Origin: an uncultured Planctomycetia bacterium
Lineage (GTDB): Bacteria; Omnitrophota; Gorgyraeia; VGKH01; JBHPFN01
Reading direction: 5' to 3'
DNA: 64,000 bases
Assembly: GCA_964406665.1 (NCBI GenBank)
Contig: CAYOSQ010000008.1
Location: 3,933-67,932, forward strand
In this document: in pieces, positions 8,860 to 19,082 of the stretch
Position numbering within the stretch: the stretch's first letter is position 1
Layout of the letters: the number at the start of each line of letters is the position of its first letter
The notes under the pieces: model-generated
What the model saw: the letters and a program-made list of their open reading frames with translations, nothing else
The model's database searches: none
What the model was told of the DNA's origin: nothing
Made by a program: the position numbers and the translations under genes

Positions 8860-9180
8860 ATGGCTTTAGTTTCAGTTACGGACAAAAATTTTGATAGCGA
8901 GGTATTATCTTCAAAAGAGCCGGTTTTAGTAGATTTTCACGCTCAATGGTGTGGACCTTGTAAAATGATCGCACCTATAATTGAACAAATTGCCGGAGAA
9001 TATGACGGTAAGATAAAGGTAGCAAAACTAGATATAGATGAAGGTCAAAGCGTTGCATCAAAATATGCTATTATGTCAGTTCCTACATTAATGTTATTTA
9101 AAGATGGTAATGTTATAGATCAGGTATCAGGGGCATTAAATAAAGAACAACTTAAAGCAAAGATTGATCCACACGTATAA
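8860..9180 (+). CDS. trxA: thioredoxin
   Basis: 106 aa with the WCGPCK active site. Confidence 0.92.
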   Translation: MALVSVTDKNFDSEVLSSKEPVLVDFHAQWCGPCKMIAPIIEQIAGEYDGKIKVAKLDIDEGQSVASKYAIMSVPTLMLFKDGNVIDQVSGALNKEQLKAKIDPHV

Positions 9181-10289
9181 TGGGAACAAAAAGAGTATTT
9201 ATTGCAGCTACAAGTCAAAACGACGGAAAAACAACAGTTTCCCTGGGGTTGATTTGTAATCTTCGGGAGCAGTTTAATAATATCGGATTTATTAAACCTA
9301 TTGGTCAAAGATACCTTGAAGAACACGGTCTTAAGGTTGATGAAGATTCTGTTTTAATAGAGAAATCTCTGGAGGCCTGCGGCACACAGTGTGGGTTGAA
9401 AGATATGAGTCCGGTGGCTGTTGAGCGTGGGTTTACTGAAAAATATATTAATGAACCGGATAAGCAAGAAATTACAGATCATATTATCGAATCATTCAAT
9501 CGTGTTGCAGATAAAAAAGATTTAGTTATCATTGAGGGCACCGGACATGCTGGAGTAGGAAGTGTATTCGATCATTCTAATGCTCAGGTGGCAAAACTTT
9601 TAGGTTCAAAAGTAATTTTGATTTCTTCAGGAGGTGTGGGTAGACCAATAGATGAAATTATGCTTAACAAAGCGCTGTTCGATAAAATGGGTGTTGAGTT
9701 ATTAGGTGTTATACTTAATAAAGTACGCTTGGAGAAGTTTGATAAAGTTGATAAGTTAATTAGAAAAGGATTAAAAAGCAGAGGAATTAATGTCTTAGGC
9801 GTTATGCCATTTTATCCGATGCTTACAGCGCCGACAATAAAACAAATTATAGAAGAAACATCTTTTGAGGTTGTCTCAGGAGAGGAGCATTTAGATTCAC
9901 CGACATTGAAGATTATTGTAGGTGCGATGGAGCCCCATAACGCTTTGAATTATTTTAGTGATCACAGCTTGGTTATTACTCCTGGAGACAGAGAAGATAT
10001 TATTACAACAACTTTAAGTCAGCATTTAGCAAAGGAAAAAAACGAGGGGGGAGTTTTTGTTTCTGGGATTATTCTTACAGGTGGAATTAGACCTCATCCG
10101 GCAATAATGAAGATTATTGAGAAATCTAGGATTCCTTTACTTTTAGCTAAGCAAGATACTTATACAGTAGCTTCGATGGTGCATGATTTGACTGTTAAGG
10201 TCCGCCCCGAAGATAAAGAAAAAATTGATAAAATTATAAAGATGGTAAAAGGTTTTGTAGATATCGATACTATTATTGAAAATATGTGA
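9180..10289 (+). CDS. stand-alone N-terminal module of class-II phosphotransacetylase (BioD/CobQ-like plus DRTGG domains)
   Basis: VFIAATSQNDGKTTVSLGL...IKPIGQ matches the Pta N-terminal P-loop-like domain. ILTGGIRPHPAIMK matches DRTGG. Encoded as a separate ORF directly before the catalytic Pta. Confidence 0.7.
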   Translation: MGTKRVFIAATSQNDGKTTVSLGLICNLREQFNNIGFIKPIGQRYLEEHGLKVDEDSVLIEKSLEACGTQCGLKDMSPVAVERGFTEKYINEPDKQEITDHIIESFNRVADKKDLVIIEGTGHAGVGSVFDHSNAQVAKLLGSKVILISSGGVGRPIDEIMLNKALFDKMGVELLGVILNKVRLEKFDKVDKLIRKGLKSRGINVLGVMPFYPMLTAPTIKQIIEETSFEVVSGEEHLDSPTLKIIVGAMEPHNALNYFSDHSLVITPGDREDIITTTLSQHLAKEKNEGGVFVSGIILTGGIRPHPAIMKIIEKSRIPLLLAKQDTYTVASMVHDLTVKVRPEDKEKIDKIIKMVKGFVDIDTIIENM

Positions 10290-10295
10290 GGTATT

Positions 10296-11249
10296 ATGGA
10301 AAATATTATTAATGGATTTAGAGATAAGGCTAAGCAGGATTTAAAGACAATAATTTTGCCTGAAGGAAATGATGAAAGAATACAGAAGGCTGCTGAAATT
10401 ATCGAGAAAGAAAAGATTGCAAAAGTAATTTTGGTTGATGAAAAGAAACTTGATTCAGAGAAAGTAAAAAAGTTTGCTGAAGTTTTTTATCTTCTTAGAA
10501 AAGCCAGAGGGATTTCTATGGAAGATGCACAAAAGCAGGTTTCGGATCCGCTTTATTACGGGGCGATGATGAATCGGATGGATTTTGCTGATGGATTTGT
10601 TGCCGGAGCTGCAAGCACTACCTCAAATGTTGCCCGTGCTGCTTTTCGCTGCATTGGGCTTGATAGCCGTCTGAGAACTTTTTCCAGTTCTTTTATTATG
10701 GTAGTTCCTGATTGCGATGATGGTGAGTCTGGAATATTGGTTTTTGCAGATTGTGGGATTATGCCACAGCCAACCGCACAAGAACTTGCTCACATAGCTG
10801 TTGCAACGGCCGAGTTAACCGAACAGGTTTTAGGGATTACACCTCGTGTTGCAATGCTTAGTTTTTCTAGTAAGGGTTCGGCAAGGGGAAGCATGGTTGA
10901 AAAAGTTGCCGAAGCAACAAGATTGACAAAGACTCTTAATCCAGATTTGATTGTTGATGGTGAGATTCAGCTAGATACCGCAATTGTTCCTGAGGTTGCT
11001 GAAATAAAAAATCCCGATGGAGTTATTAAGGGCGATGCAAATGTTTTAATTTTCCCGGATTTAAATTCTGGAAATATTGGATATAAACTTATAGATAGAC
11101 TTGCTAAAGCTAGAGCAGTCGGTCCTTTACTTCAGGGATTAAATAAACCCTGCAGTGATTTATCACGTGGGTGCAGCGTTGACGATATAATTGATTGTGT
11201 TGCAATTACGGCAATAAGAGCGCAGAAACATCATGAAGAAAAAAAATAA
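10296..11249 (+). CDS. pta: phosphate acetyltransferase, catalytic PTA_PTB domain
   Basis: 317 aa. Blocks ILPEGNDERI, FADCGIMPQPTAQELA, IFPDLNSGNIGYKL and LSRGCSVDDI align with Pta C-terminal halves. Confidence 0.9.
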   Translation: MENIINGFRDKAKQDLKTIILPEGNDERIQKAAEIIEKEKIAKVILVDEKKLDSEKVKKFAEVFYLLRKARGISMEDAQKQVSDPLYYGAMMNRMDFADGFVAGAASTTSNVARAAFRCIGLDSRLRTFSSSFIMVVPDCDDGESGILVFADCGIMPQPTAQELAHIAVATAELTEQVLGITPRVAMLSFSSKGSARGSMVEKVAEATRLTKTLNPDLIVDGEIQLDTAIVPEVAEIKNPDGVIKGDANVLIFPDLNSGNIGYKLIDRLAKARAVGPLLQGLNKPCSDLSRGCSVDDIIDCVAITAIRAQKHHEEKK

Positions 11250-12303
11250 CCAGGTAATTCTGGTAATAAATAGCGGAAGCTCATCGATTAAATACCAGCT
11301 TTTTCTTATGCCTGGAGAAAGAATTCTGGATAAGGGTTCGATAAATCGTATCGGGGAACCCGGAAGCAAAATAAGAAGTCATCAAGAGGCCCTGGCAACA
11401 ATATTAAATAGCGTTTCAGATATTGATGCTGTGGGACACCGAGTTGTACATGGGGCAGAAAGATTTCAAGAATCAATTTTAATTAATAATTCAGTAATCA
11501 AAAAAATAAAAGATTGTTGCCGGCTTGCTCCATTACATAATCCTGCGAATTTAGCCGGCATACGAGAATGTAAGCTTATGCTTCCTCAGATACCACAGGT
11601 AGCTGTATTCGATACTGCTTTTCATCAAACCATGCCGGATTATGCGTATACTTATGGATTACCCTATAGCTTCTATAGAAGACACGGAATTAGAAGGTAT
11701 GGTTTTCATGGAACAAGCCATGAATATGTTGCTAAAGAAGCAGCAAAAATATTGAAAAAACCGTTAAAAAAACTAAGACTGATTACATGCCACTTAGGAA
11801 ATGGTTGTAGTATGGCAGCAATAGAATTCGGTAAATGCGTAGATACAACTATGGGGCTTACGCCTTTGGAAGGTTTATTGATGGGAACGAGAACCGGTGA
11901 TATGGATCCTGCCATTGCCACATTTTTGCAGAAGCAGTTTGACTTAAGCCCAACAAAAGTTGAACAAATTTTCAATAAAAAAAGCGGTTTAGCAGGAATT
12001 TCAGGAATTAGCAATGATATGCGCTTAATCGAGAAGGCTGCTAAAAAAGGCAATGTTAGAGCAAAGTTAGCAATTAATATTTTTGTCTACAGGATCAGAA
12101 AATATATCGGAAGCTATTGTGCAGTATTAGGTGGTGTTGACGCAGTTATTTTCACAGCCGGCATTGGAGAAAATCAGTCAGGTATTGTTAAGAAGACCTA
12201 CGAAAATTTGTTTTCATATTTTAAGAAAAAACCTAAAGTGTTGATTGTTCCAACCAACGAAGAGCTCATGATCGCTCGGAAGACGTACAGAATAATCACT
12301 TAG
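11233..12303 (+). CDS. ackA: acetate kinase (short form, 356 aa)
   Basis: ILVINSGSSSIKYQLF N-terminal motif. HRVVHG, FDTAFHQTMP, HLGNGCS, FTAGIGENQ motifs. Overlaps the pta stop. Confidence 0.9.
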   Translation: MKKKNNQVILVINSGSSSIKYQLFLMPGERILDKGSINRIGEPGSKIRSHQEALATILNSVSDIDAVGHRVVHGAERFQESILINNSVIKKIKDCCRLAPLHNPANLAGIRECKLMLPQIPQVAVFDTAFHQTMPDYAYTYGLPYSFYRRHGIRRYGFHGTSHEYVAKEAAKILKKPLKKLRLITCHLGNGCSMAAIEFGKCVDTTMGLTPLEGLLMGTRTGDMDPAIATFLQKQFDLSPTKVEQIFNKKSGLAGISGISNDMRLIEKAAKKGNVRAKLAINIFVYRIRKYIGSYCAVLGGVDAVIFTAGIGENQSGIVKKTYENLFSYFKKKPKVLIVPTNEELMIARKTYRIIT

Positions 12304-12322
12304 TTTTTTATAGTGAATAGAT

Positions 12323-12832
12323 ATGAATAGAAAAGCGGTTATGGTCATAGCAAATAACGGATTCAGGGATGAAGAGTTCCAGATTCCTAAGTTTATCTTG
12401 GAAGAGAATGGTTTAGAGGTTACTGTTGCATCTTCAAAACTTTCTTTGGCCAAGGGCGTATTGGGAGCACAGGTAATGCCGGATATTCTTGTTGATGACG
12501 TTAATCCAGAAGATTACGATGCGGTAATATTTGTTGGAGGTGCGGGTTCACGCGAGTATTGGGATAATGACGCAGCTCACAAAATCATAAATGCAGCAAA
12601 CAACTCGAAAAAAATAATCGGCGCTATTTGCATTGCTCCGATGATATTAGCAAATGCTGGTGTTTTAGAAGGGAAAAAGGCAACGATATGGCATACAGAG
12701 GCTCCTATGTTTAAATCTAAAGGAGTATCCTGTACTGTTAATCCCTTGGAAAGGGACGGGAATATTATTACTCCAAACGGACCAAACTCTGCTTCGAAAT
12801 TTGCAGAGTCATTAGTGGAGGCGATTAAATAA
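12323..12832 (+). CDS. DJ-1/PfpI family protein
   Basis: 169 aa with the nucleophile-elbow Cys in IGAICIAPMILANAG and the typical class I glutamine amidotransferase-like fold signature. Confidence 0.7.
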   Translation: MNRKAVMVIANNGFRDEEFQIPKFILEENGLEVTVASSKLSLAKGVLGAQVMPDILVDDVNPEDYDAVIFVGGAGSREYWDNDAAHKIINAANNSKKIIGAICIAPMILANAGVLEGKKATIWHTEAPMFKSKGVSCTVNPLERDGNIITPNGPNSASKFAESLVEAIK

Positions 12833-12833
12833 A

Positions 12834-13184
12834 ATGTTAAGAACAATTTGTAAATCCAAGATTGCACACGTAAGAGTTACTGAAGCAGAATTAAGATATG
12901 AAGGAAGTATAACCATTGATGGCACACTTTTAGATGCAGCTGATATAATCGCAGGTGAAAAGGTAGAGGTGCTTAATTTAAACAACGGTTCTCGCGTTGA
13001 AACATATGCAATCAGGGGAAAAGAGAATTCTGGAGTAGTATGTCTTAACGGGCCGGCTGCTCGTTCAGGCTGCGTTGGTGATGAGCTTATTATTCTTGCT
13101 TATTGTCTAGCAGACGACAAGGAAGCTAAAAATATAAAAACAAAGATAGTTTTTTCCGATGAAAGAAACAAAATCAGAAGTTAG
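12834..13184 (+). CDS. panD: aspartate 1-decarboxylase (pyruvoyl-dependent)
   Basis: 116 aa. The processing-site context YEGSITID (Gly-Ser cleavage) and overall alignment to E. coli PanD. Confidence 0.85.
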   Translation: MLRTICKSKIAHVRVTEAELRYEGSITIDGTLLDAADIIAGEKVEVLNLNNGSRVETYAIRGKENSGVVCLNGPAARSGCVGDELIILAYCLADDKEAKNIKTKIVFSDERNKIRS

Positions 13185-13674
13185 GCTTTACGGGGATCCT
13201 GTTTTACGTAAAAGAGCTAAGCCGGTAAAATCTGTAACAGGCAAAGAAAAGAAGCTCTTTGACAAGATGCTTGAGATTATGCATAAAGAAGGTGGTATCG
13301 GCCTGGCTGCACCACAGGTTGGGGTTGATAGGCAGCTTCTCGTTGTAGAAGTTGGAGATACATTGTTGATGGTGGCTGATCCAAAGATAACAAAAATGGA
13401 AGATAGCGATGTTATGGAAGAAGGATGTTTGAGCTTTCCGGAAGTTGCGGTTAAAATTAAGCGCCCAAAAAAAATTGCAGTTACATTCTTAAATCAAAAT
13501 AATTGCAAGGTTAAGCTTGAAGTTGATGACATAATAGCTAGAGCTATGCAGCATGAAATTGATCACTTGAAAGGAAAGCTGATTATTGATTATGCTAATT
13601 TTGCCGAAAAGTTGCGTCTTAAAAATAAACTTGATAATATTAGAAGAAACTCAAAGAAGGTAAAAAAATCATGA
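13159..13674 (+). CDS. def: peptide deformylase
   Basis: Three canonical motifs: [25 protein letters not shown]. Confidence 0.92.
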   Translation: MKETKSEVRLYGDPVLRKRAKPVKSVTGKEKKLFDKMLEIMHKEGGIGLAAPQVGVDRQLLVVEVGDTLLMVADPKITKMEDSDVMEEGCLSFPEVAVKIKRPKKIAVTFLNQNNCKVKLEVDDIIARAMQHEIDHLKGKLIIDYANFAEKLRLKNKLDNIRRNSKKVKKS

Positions 13675-13871
13675 GTGAATGCAATAACAAGGAAGATAAT
13701 CTAAAAAATTGTAATTGTACTTATGAGCCGTGTTCCAGAAAAGGTATATGTTGTGAATGTCTAGCATATCACAGAAGAAACTCAGAGCTTCCCGCCTGTT
13801 ATTTCTCTGCAGATGTTGAGAGAACATATGACCGCTCTATCAATAATTTTTTAAAACACTGTAATAAATAA
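13671..13871 (+). CDS. small Cys-rich protein (66 aa, 9 Cys), unknown function, translationally coupled between def and lipA
   Basis: Cys clusters CNCTYEPC and CCEC. The start overlaps the def stop (ATGA) and the stop overlaps the lipA start (TAATG). Confidence 0.45.
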   Translation: MSECNNKEDNLKNCNCTYEPCSRKGICCECLAYHRRNSELPACYFSADVERTYDRSINNFLKHCNK

Positions 13872-14728
13872 TGAACAAGCTGTCGTATTGGTTTAAGAAA
13901 AATATACCTTTAGATAATGGTGTAAGTTCAAGGTTGAAGCAGTTTAAAGAGCTAAATATAAATACGGTTTGTGAAAGTGCACATTGTCCTAATATAGTTG
14001 AGTGTTTTGATAAAAATAGGGCAACTTTTATGATATTAGGAGATAGCTGTAGCCGTAATTGCAGTTTCTGTGCTGTTGAAACGGGAGATTTAAAAGAAGT
14101 TGATTCATTTGAGCCAGAGAATATTGCCAAGGCGATTAAGGATTTAGGTCTGACTCATGCTGTAATTACTTCTGTTACCAGGGATGATCTGGATGATTTT
14201 GGTGCGTCCCAATTTGCTTTAACAGTACAAGAAATACGCAAGTATAATCCCGAAGTAATTATTGAAACGCTGATTCCAGATTTCAATGGTTATGAAAAAA
14301 GCATTTCAGTTGTAGTCGGATCTAAGCCGGACATAGTTGGTCATAATCTGGAAACAGTTGAAAGACTGTATAATAAAATACGCCCAGAAGCTAATTATAA
14401 ACAGTCCCTTAAGGTATTAAAAATGATAAAAGATTTAAACAGTAATATATTTACAAAATCCGGAATCATGCTTGGCTTAGGTGAAAATATTGAAGAGATA
14501 ATTAAGGCTATGAATGATTTAAGAAAAGTAAATTGCGATATATTAACTTTAGGTCAATATCTTGCACCTTCAGAAAATCATTATAAAGTGGATAGATTTG
14601 TTGTACCCGAGGAGTTTGAGGCTTTAAAAGATAAGGCTATATCTTTAGGTTTTAAATCAGTTGCTTCAGGGCCTTGGGTACGCAGTTCTTATTTTGCACA
14701 GGAGATATTTAAAGAATGTACGACGTAA
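13871..14728 (+). CDS. lipA: lipoyl synthase (radical SAM)
   Basis: Auxiliary cluster CESAHCPNIVEC and radical-SAM CSRNCSFC motifs. Confidence 0.9.
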   Translation: MNKLSYWFKKNIPLDNGVSSRLKQFKELNINTVCESAHCPNIVECFDKNRATFMILGDSCSRNCSFCAVETGDLKEVDSFEPENIAKAIKDLGLTHAVITSVTRDDLDDFGASQFALTVQEIRKYNPEVIIETLIPDFNGYEKSISVVVGSKPDIVGHNLETVERLYNKIRPEANYKQSLKVLKMIKDLNSNIFTKSGIMLGLGENIEEIIKAMNDLRKVNCDILTLGQYLAPSENHYKVDRFVVPEEFEALKDKAISLGFKSVASGPWVRSSYFAQEIFKECTT

Positions 14729-15630
14729 TTATAATAGGCGCAGGTCCAGCCGGTTTGACTGCTGCTCTTTATGCCGGCAGATCAAGACTAAAAACAAAGA
14801 TTATCGATAAGATGCTTCCCGGTGGTCAGATGTTGTTAACTGAGAAAATTGATAATTTTCCCGGTTTTCCCGGCGGCGTTGAGGTTAACGCCTTTATACA
14901 AAATTTAGTTGAACAGATTAAAGAGCTGGATATCGTAGTTGATAATGCTGAAATAAACGAAATTACCAAAGGCAATAATTTTATTATAAAAACTACAGGT
15001 GGAGAAACATTCGAAACAAAAACAATTATAATTGCAACCGGTGCACAGTATAAGAAACTGGGAATTCCTGGAGAAGACAAGTTATCAGCTAGGGGAGTTA
15101 GCTATTGTGCTATATGCGATGGGCCGTTGTTTAAGAATAAAGATGTTGTAGTAATTGGTGGAGGTAATGCTGCGGTTGAAGAAGCTTTAACTCTAGAAAG
15201 ATTCGCAAATAAAGTAACTCTTATTCACCGCAGAGATGAACTTAGGGCTGTTAAAGTATTGCAGGAAAGATTGTCTAAGCATAAAAAAATTAGTGTACTT
15301 TGGGATTCTATCCCTCTAGAATTTATTGGAGAAAATAAACTAGATGCTGTTAAAGTTAAAAATGTAAAAACTAACGAAGAGAGTATTCTTGATATTCAAG
15401 GTGCATTTGTCTCCATAGGGTTTATTCCTACTACAAGTTTTTTAAAAACACTTGTAAAATTAGATGAAAGCGGTTATATTGTTACGGATGATAATACTGC
15501 AACTTCTGTAAAAGGGATTTTTTCTTGCGGAGATTGCAGAAAGAAAAGTTTGCGCCAGGTAGTTACAGCTTGTGGGGATGGGGCAAGTGCTGCCTATTCA
15601 GCTTTTAGATTTTTAGAAAGTATGATATAA
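14716..15630 (+). CDS. trxB: thioredoxin-disulfide reductase
   Basis: FAD motif IIIGAGPAGLTAA. Redox-active CAIC in SYCAICDGPLF. NAD(P) motif VVIGGGNAA. Confidence 0.9.
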   Translation: MYDVIIIGAGPAGLTAALYAGRSRLKTKIIDKMLPGGQMLLTEKIDNFPGFPGGVEVNAFIQNLVEQIKELDIVVDNAEINEITKGNNFIIKTTGGETFETKTIIIATGAQYKKLGIPGEDKLSARGVSYCAICDGPLFKNKDVVVIGGGNAAVEEALTLERFANKVTLIHRRDELRAVKVLQERLSKHKKISVLWDSIPLEFIGENKLDAVKVKNVKTNEESILDIQGAFVSIGFIPTTSFLKTLVKLDESGYIVTDDNTATSVKGIFSCGDCRKKSLRQVVTACGDGASAAYSAFRFLESMI

Positions 15631-15682
15631 GATAAAATAAACCATAAGGATAAAATTAACCCACAGAAAATGAAGGAGCAAG

Positions 15683-17566
15683 ATGACAATGAATTATCTT
15701 AAAGAGCTACAATCTAAATTAAGTGAAAATGATTACAAGAAGTTGTGTGCAATAGACAATCCTCAAGTTCATCAGTTTATTGCTGAGTCGGCACAGCTGT
15801 GTACTCCAGAGAAAATCTTTATCTGCAGCGATGCTCCCGAAGATATTGCGTATGTGCGTCAGCAGGTACTGGACAATAATGAGGAAAAGCCTCTCACCAT
15901 CTCAGGACACACCTATCACTTTGATGGTATCACGGATCAAGGTCGAGATCGCAAGGCAACCAAGTATCTTGTACCTAAGAATGATTCTTTAAGTAAATCC
16001 TTAAATCAGATTGAACGGGAGGAAGGCTTGGCAGAGGTTAAAGGATTTCTTGAAAAGTCTATGCAGGGCAGGACAATGATTGTGCGCTTTCTTTCATTAG
16101 GGCCAACTAACTCTGTGTTTAGTATTCCTTGTTTACAATGTACGGATTCTTGGTATGTAGCTCACAGTAAAGACCTTTTGTATCGACCTGCATATGAGAT
16201 GTTTTGTCAGGGAAAAACAGGCGCTGAGCTCTTTCGTATTCTGCATTCCGCAGGAAAGATGGATGAAAATATTGTTAGCATTGAGATAGAAAAGAAACGC
16301 ATTTATATTGACCATACTCAAGATACCATTTACAGCGTTAATACTCAATATGCAGGTAATACTATTGGTTTAAAAAAGTTGGCATTGCGTCTGACTATCC
16401 GAAAAGCAGACAGAGAGGGATGGCTTGCTGAACATATGCTTTTAATGGGTATCAATGGTCCTAATAACCGAAAGACCTATTTAGCAGGTGCTTTTCCTAG
16501 TGCCTGCGGTAAAACCTCTACTGCAATGCTTCCTGGTGAAACGATCCTCGGAGATGATATTGCCTATTTTCGCAACATTGATGGTCAGATCAGAGCGGTA
16601 AATGCAGAGGCTGGAATTTTTGGGATTATTCAGAATGTTAATCCTGAGGATGATCCGGTTATCCACGAAGTTCTTACAACTCCCGGAGAGGTTATTTTCT
16701 CTAATATATTAGTGAAAGATGGTAAGCCTTATTGGTTAGGTATGAGTGGAGAAATGCCCAAAGATGGTGTTAATTTTTCAGGATCTTGGCACGAAGGTAA
16801 GACTGATGATAAAGGCAATAAGATTTTACCTGCTCATAAAAATGCCCGTTATGCTGTTACACTCAAGGCGTTAAGTAATGTAGATCCTGAGTTTAATAAT
16901 CCTAAGGGTGTAAAGCTTTCCGGTATTATGTATGGGGGTAGAGATGCAAAAGGTTACGTGCCGGTGCAGCAGGGATTTAGTTGGGAGCATGGTATTATTG
17001 CCTACGGTGCTTGTTTGGAGACTGAAACTACCTTTGCTACTATTGGTAAAGAAGGTGTGCCGGAGATAAATCTTATGAGTATACAGGATTTTATTGCAAT
17101 TTCTTTAGCCAAATATATAGATAATAATTTAGAGTTTGGGAGAAAAGTTAAGACACCGCCGCTTGTATTCGGTGTTAACTATTTTCTTCGAGATAAAGAA
17201 GGGAAATTCTTAAACGGTGTGCAGGATAAGCATGTGTGGGTGAAGTGGATGGAACTACGTGTGCATGGCGACGTCGATGCGATACAGTGCCCGACGGGTT
17301 TAATTCCTAAATATGATGATTTACGCATGCTCTTTGGGCAGGTCTTAAACAAGGAATATGCGCAAGAGGATTACGTAAAGCAATTCACTGTTCGCGTTCC
17401 TGAGAATTTAGCCAAGCTTGATAGGGTAGAGAAATTCCACCGGGAAGAAGTTGTTGCGCCAGAAATAGTCTTTGAAGTACTCAGCCAGCAGCGGGAACGC
17501 TTGCTGAAAGCACGTAAGCAATTTGGTGACTATATTTCACCAATACAGCTCGATAGTTCCGGATAA
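15683..17566 (+). CDS. pckG: phosphoenolpyruvate carboxykinase (GTP)
   Basis: 627 aa with the kinase-1a P-loop PSACGKTS and GTP-PEPCK-specific blocks. Noticeably higher GC than its neighbours. Confidence 0.9.
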   Translation: MTMNYLKELQSKLSENDYKKLCAIDNPQVHQFIAESAQLCTPEKIFICSDAPEDIAYVRQQVLDNNEEKPLTISGHTYHFDGITDQGRDRKATKYLVPKNDSLSKSLNQIEREEGLAEVKGFLEKSMQGRTMIVRFLSLGPTNSVFSIPCLQCTDSWYVAHSKDLLYRPAYEMFCQGKTGAELFRILHSAGKMDENIVSIEIEKKRIYIDHTQDTIYSVNTQYAGNTIGLKKLALRLTIRKADREGWLAEHMLLMGINGPNNRKTYLAGAFPSACGKTSTAMLPGETILGDDIAYFRNIDGQIRAVNAEAGIFGIIQNVNPEDDPVIHEVLTTPGEVIFSNILVKDGKPYWLGMSGEMPKDGVNFSGSWHEGKTDDKGNKILPAHKNARYAVTLKALSNVDPEFNNPKGVKLSGIMYGGRDAKGYVPVQQGFSWEHGIIAYGACLETETTFATIGKEGVPEINLMSIQDFIAISLAKYIDNNLEFGRKVKTPPLVFGVNYFLRDKEGKFLNGVQDKHVWVKWMELRVHGDVDAIQCPTGLIPKYDDLRMLFGQVLNKEYAQEDYVKQFTVRVPENLAKLDRVEKFHREEVVAPEIVFEVLSQQRERLLKARKQFGDYISPIQLDSSG

Positions 17567-17671
17567 CAATAAAGCCAAGTCAATTTGGAGATGATTTGCC
17601 AAAAGAGATTTCTGATGAGCTTAAAGCATTAAAACAGCGGTTGGAAAAATCATAAAGCTCTACTTAGCATA

Positions 17672-18637
17672 ATGAAAAAAATAAAAGACATTGCATTTTT
17701 TGTACTAAGGGCCAGCATAACCATAGGTTTGCTGGTTTTCTTGTTTGTTAAGATAGTTGATATCGAAACTATCTGGGAAAGTATCCAGAATATCGACATT
17801 GCTCAGTTTGTGCTTGCGGCTAGTCTGTTTGCATTAGCTATTTTTCTTTTAATATGTAGATGGACGGTGTTGCTTAAAGCACTGGATATTAAGGTTCCCT
17901 TTTTAAGGGTGATAACCGCTTATATGGTGGGATTGTTTTGTAATCTTTTTTTTCCAAGTAGCATAGGAGGAGATTTGGTCCGAGGATTAGATCTTGCTAA
18001 ATACGAAAAATCTAGGTTAAAGCTTTTTGCGACTGTCGTGTTAGACCGTTTGATAGGATTTGTTTCTGTGGTTATGTTGGCTTTTTTGGGATTGTTGTTT
18101 TCGTATAAGCGTTTTGTCAACGATGTTATAGTTCTATATTCCGTTGGTATTTTAGCGGTTGTACTTTGTTTTACTTTGATAATTTTGTTTAACAGGGGAA
18201 TTTTCTCTAAACTAGCTTCAATATTTAATAGATTTGAAAAGGTAAAGCAAGGCTTGATGAATTTTAATGAGTATATGATTTTTTTCCGTAACAAAAGAAA
18301 GATTTTGGCTTTTAATCTTGTTTTATCTTTCATCATACAGGTATTAAGCTCTGTTATTTATTATCTTATTGGGTTATCGCTGGGGTTGGACACGCCTTTA
18401 ATTTATTATTTAGTTCTTATCCCCATAGTTAATACTATTTCTGTTTTGCCTATTACGATTGGTGGCTTGGGATTAAGAGATTGTAGTGCAAAATTCTTCT
18501 TTGAGAAAGTTGGCATGCTTGCCAGCCATGCAGTGAGCTTATCACTTATCTGGTTTTTCTTTACCGCGGTAGTAGGATTAATAGGTGGAGTTTTATATGT
18601 CTGTACATTACCTTCTAGACGGATACAACATAATTAA
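17672..18637 (+). CDS. flippase-like membrane protein (UPF0104 / lysyl-phosphatidylglycerol-synthase TM-domain family)
   Basis: 321 aa with 8 predicted TM helices, no soluble domain, and a conserved GGDLVRGLDLAKYEK-like loop. Confidence 0.55.
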   Translation: MKKIKDIAFFVLRASITIGLLVFLFVKIVDIETIWESIQNIDIAQFVLAASLFALAIFLLICRWTVLLKALDIKVPFLRVITAYMVGLFCNLFFPSSIGGDLVRGLDLAKYEKSRLKLFATVVLDRLIGFVSVVMLAFLGLLFSYKRFVNDVIVLYSVGILAVVLCFTLIILFNRGIFSKLASIFNRFEKVKQGLMNFNEYMIFFRNKRKILAFNLVLSFIIQVLSSVIYYLIGLSLGLDTPLIYYLVLIPIVNTISVLPITIGGLGLRDCSAKFFFEKVGMLASHAVSLSLIWFFFTAVVGLIGGVLYVCTLPSRRIQHN

Positions 18638-19079
18638 ACAAATCCCTTCTTTAATAAAACCTAAGCTTAAAGATTCGAGAGAGGCGCTTATGCGTTTAAT
18701 TGACACTGAACGTCCTCAGGGAAGCAAAAAGAATGCTGTTACTATTGTTTTTGATGGTAAAGATGATTGTTTCTTTGAAAAGAGTAAATATAGTACTGAT
18801 GTAATATTTTCAAAAAGAGAAACAGCTGATGATTTGATTAAGCGTTTAGTTAAGCGTTCTCATAACCCAAAGGGCATTATTTTGGTAAGCGATGATAGGG
18901 AGTTAGGCTTTTCTGTGCGCATGCAGGGGGCTAAGATATTGAAGGTAGCTGATTTTTTATCAAAGATCACAAGTCGCAGACGTCAGCAGAAAAAGATCCG
19001 AATGGAAGAAAGAAAAGAAATATCACAGACAGATAAATCAGTAATCAACGAAGAGCTTAAGAAGGTTTGGATTAAATAG
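18585..19079 (+). CDS. NYN-domain protein of the YacP/Rae1 family (putative ribosome-associated endoribonuclease)
   Basis: N-terminal LLDGYNII motif and acidic residues characteristic of YacP-like NYN/PIN nucleases. The start overlaps the preceding membrane-protein gene. Confidence 0.6.
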   Translation: MEFYMSVHYLLDGYNIIKQIPSLIKPKLKDSREALMRLIDTERPQGSKKNAVTIVFDGKDDCFFEKSKYSTDVIFSKRETADDLIKRLVKRSHNPKGIILVSDDRELGFSVRMQGAKILKVADFLSKITSRRRQQKKIRMEERKEISQTDKSVINEELKKVWIK

Positions 19080-19082
19080 ATT

